Shown here: positions 63,423 to 64,000 of the stretch, in pieces
How the letters are laid out: each line of letters begins with the position of its first letter
Numbering within the stretch: the stretch's first letter is position 1
Origin: Pseudomonadota bacterium
GTDB lineage: Bacteria > Myxococcota > JACRCW01 > JAFGSX01
Length of the DNA stretch: 64,000 nt
NCBI GenBank assembly: GCA_043821645.1
Contig: JBDRCO010000087.1
Coordinates: 1-64,000 of the forward strand
Direction of reading: 5' to 3'
Notes under the pieces: generated by a model
Seen by the model: only the letters and a program-made list of their open reading frames with translations
Databases searched by the model: none
Told to the model about the DNA's origin: nothing
Program-made: the position numbers and the translations under genes

Positions 63423-63629
63423 CAAAATTCGCGCGACCTTCTTCACATGGTTCCAGGTGAACAAGCCGTCGCGAGGTCCTGGAGTACGAAAATCGAACTT
63501 CTGGAAGAGCCCGTAAAAAACGCACGATGATCTCGTTTTCTCGACGACAGACAAGAAAACATCAGCGGGCGGACAGGCGGAGGTTTCGCCGCCCTTGCTG
63601 CCTCCGTGCAAGCTGCTAAGGTGGCTCGT

Positions 63630-64000
63630 ATGTGGCGGACGATTTCCTTCGCTCTTGCGGTGCTGATGAGCGGCTTGTTGCATGCACAGGTCGATCAGGT
63701 GCTCGCGCGTCGCAGGCCGATTGCCTATCAGGCCGACCGTTGCCGGTACGAGGCGCGCGGTCGGCGAGCTCTGTGCAGCGGTCAGGTCGTCGTCACGCGC
63801 GACGATCTGCGCATCCGCTGCCAGGAACTCGAGGCCGAGATCGACGCCCGCGGGCGCATCGTGCGCCTGGCCTGTCGGCGCGAGGTGGAGATCGTGACCT
63901 CTGACCGCGTGGCCCGAAGCGGTGAGGCGCACTTCGATGCGAGCAGCGACAAGCTGGTGCTGGATGGCGATGCCCGCGTGGCCCAGGGCAGCAGCCGACT
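63630..64000 (+). CDS. lptA: LptA/OstA-family protein, 3' truncated (not in ORF track)
   Basis: Manual translation MWRTISFALAVLMSGLLHAQ...PIAYQAD...SGQVVVTRDDLRIRC...KLVLDGDARVAQG. Confidence 0.75.
   Translation, partial: MWRTISFALAVLMSGLLHAQVDQVLARRRPIAYQADRCRYEARGRRALCSGQVVVTRDDLRIRCQELEAEIDARGRIVRLACRREVEIVTSDRVARSGEAHFDASSDKLVLDGDARVAQGSSR

Noticed and set aside
63360-63932. 244-aa ORF 63198..63932
   Set aside because: Upstream part is promoter DNA and the antisense of lptA; only the last 53 codons are a credible gene

Overview
High-GC bacterial window, most consistent with a Myxococcota-like deltaproteobacterium (MYXO-CTERM-like tails, AgmX/PglI-type domain, many Cys-rich lipoproteins); taxonomy is inferred, not tested. 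Main blocks: (1) 1-7.2 kb: tRNA-Ser(TGA) and accessory or secreted proteins. (2) 7.3-24.3 kb: a minus-strand anaerobic 4-hydroxybenzoyl-CoA/benzoyl-CoA degradation cluster (hcr-like, TetR, had, oah, dch, gcdH, two thiolases, HAD/ECH) with a duplicated 26-bp operator overlapping two promoters. It has no complete benzoyl-CoA reductase; instead there is a ketopantoate reductase read in frame with a BcrB/HgdA-like domain that appears to have lost its three Fe-S cysteines, followed by a lone activator ATPase. (3) 24.4-33 kb: amidase, GH123-like hydrolase, EEP lipoprotein and a GAPDH-PGK fusion. (4) 33.3-50.1 kb: the best candidate for an undescribed system, a putative sigma54-driven operon of three giant Cys-repeat lipoproteins. 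The third (about 2240 aa) ends in a coiled-coil/hydrophobic-hairpin/beta-domain module resembling Tc toxin A subunits, with no TcB/TcC nearby; a fourth Cys-repeat lipoprotein converges on the operon. (5) 50-64 kb: pgi, nadE plus an NrtR-like Nudix protein, zinc-ribbon RNase H, mltF, a GldA/F/G-like ABC system (permease frameshifted at a G6 run), a histone-like peptide and partial lptA. No CRISPR array, integrase or transposase was seen. All family assignments come from reading motifs by eye; no searches were run.
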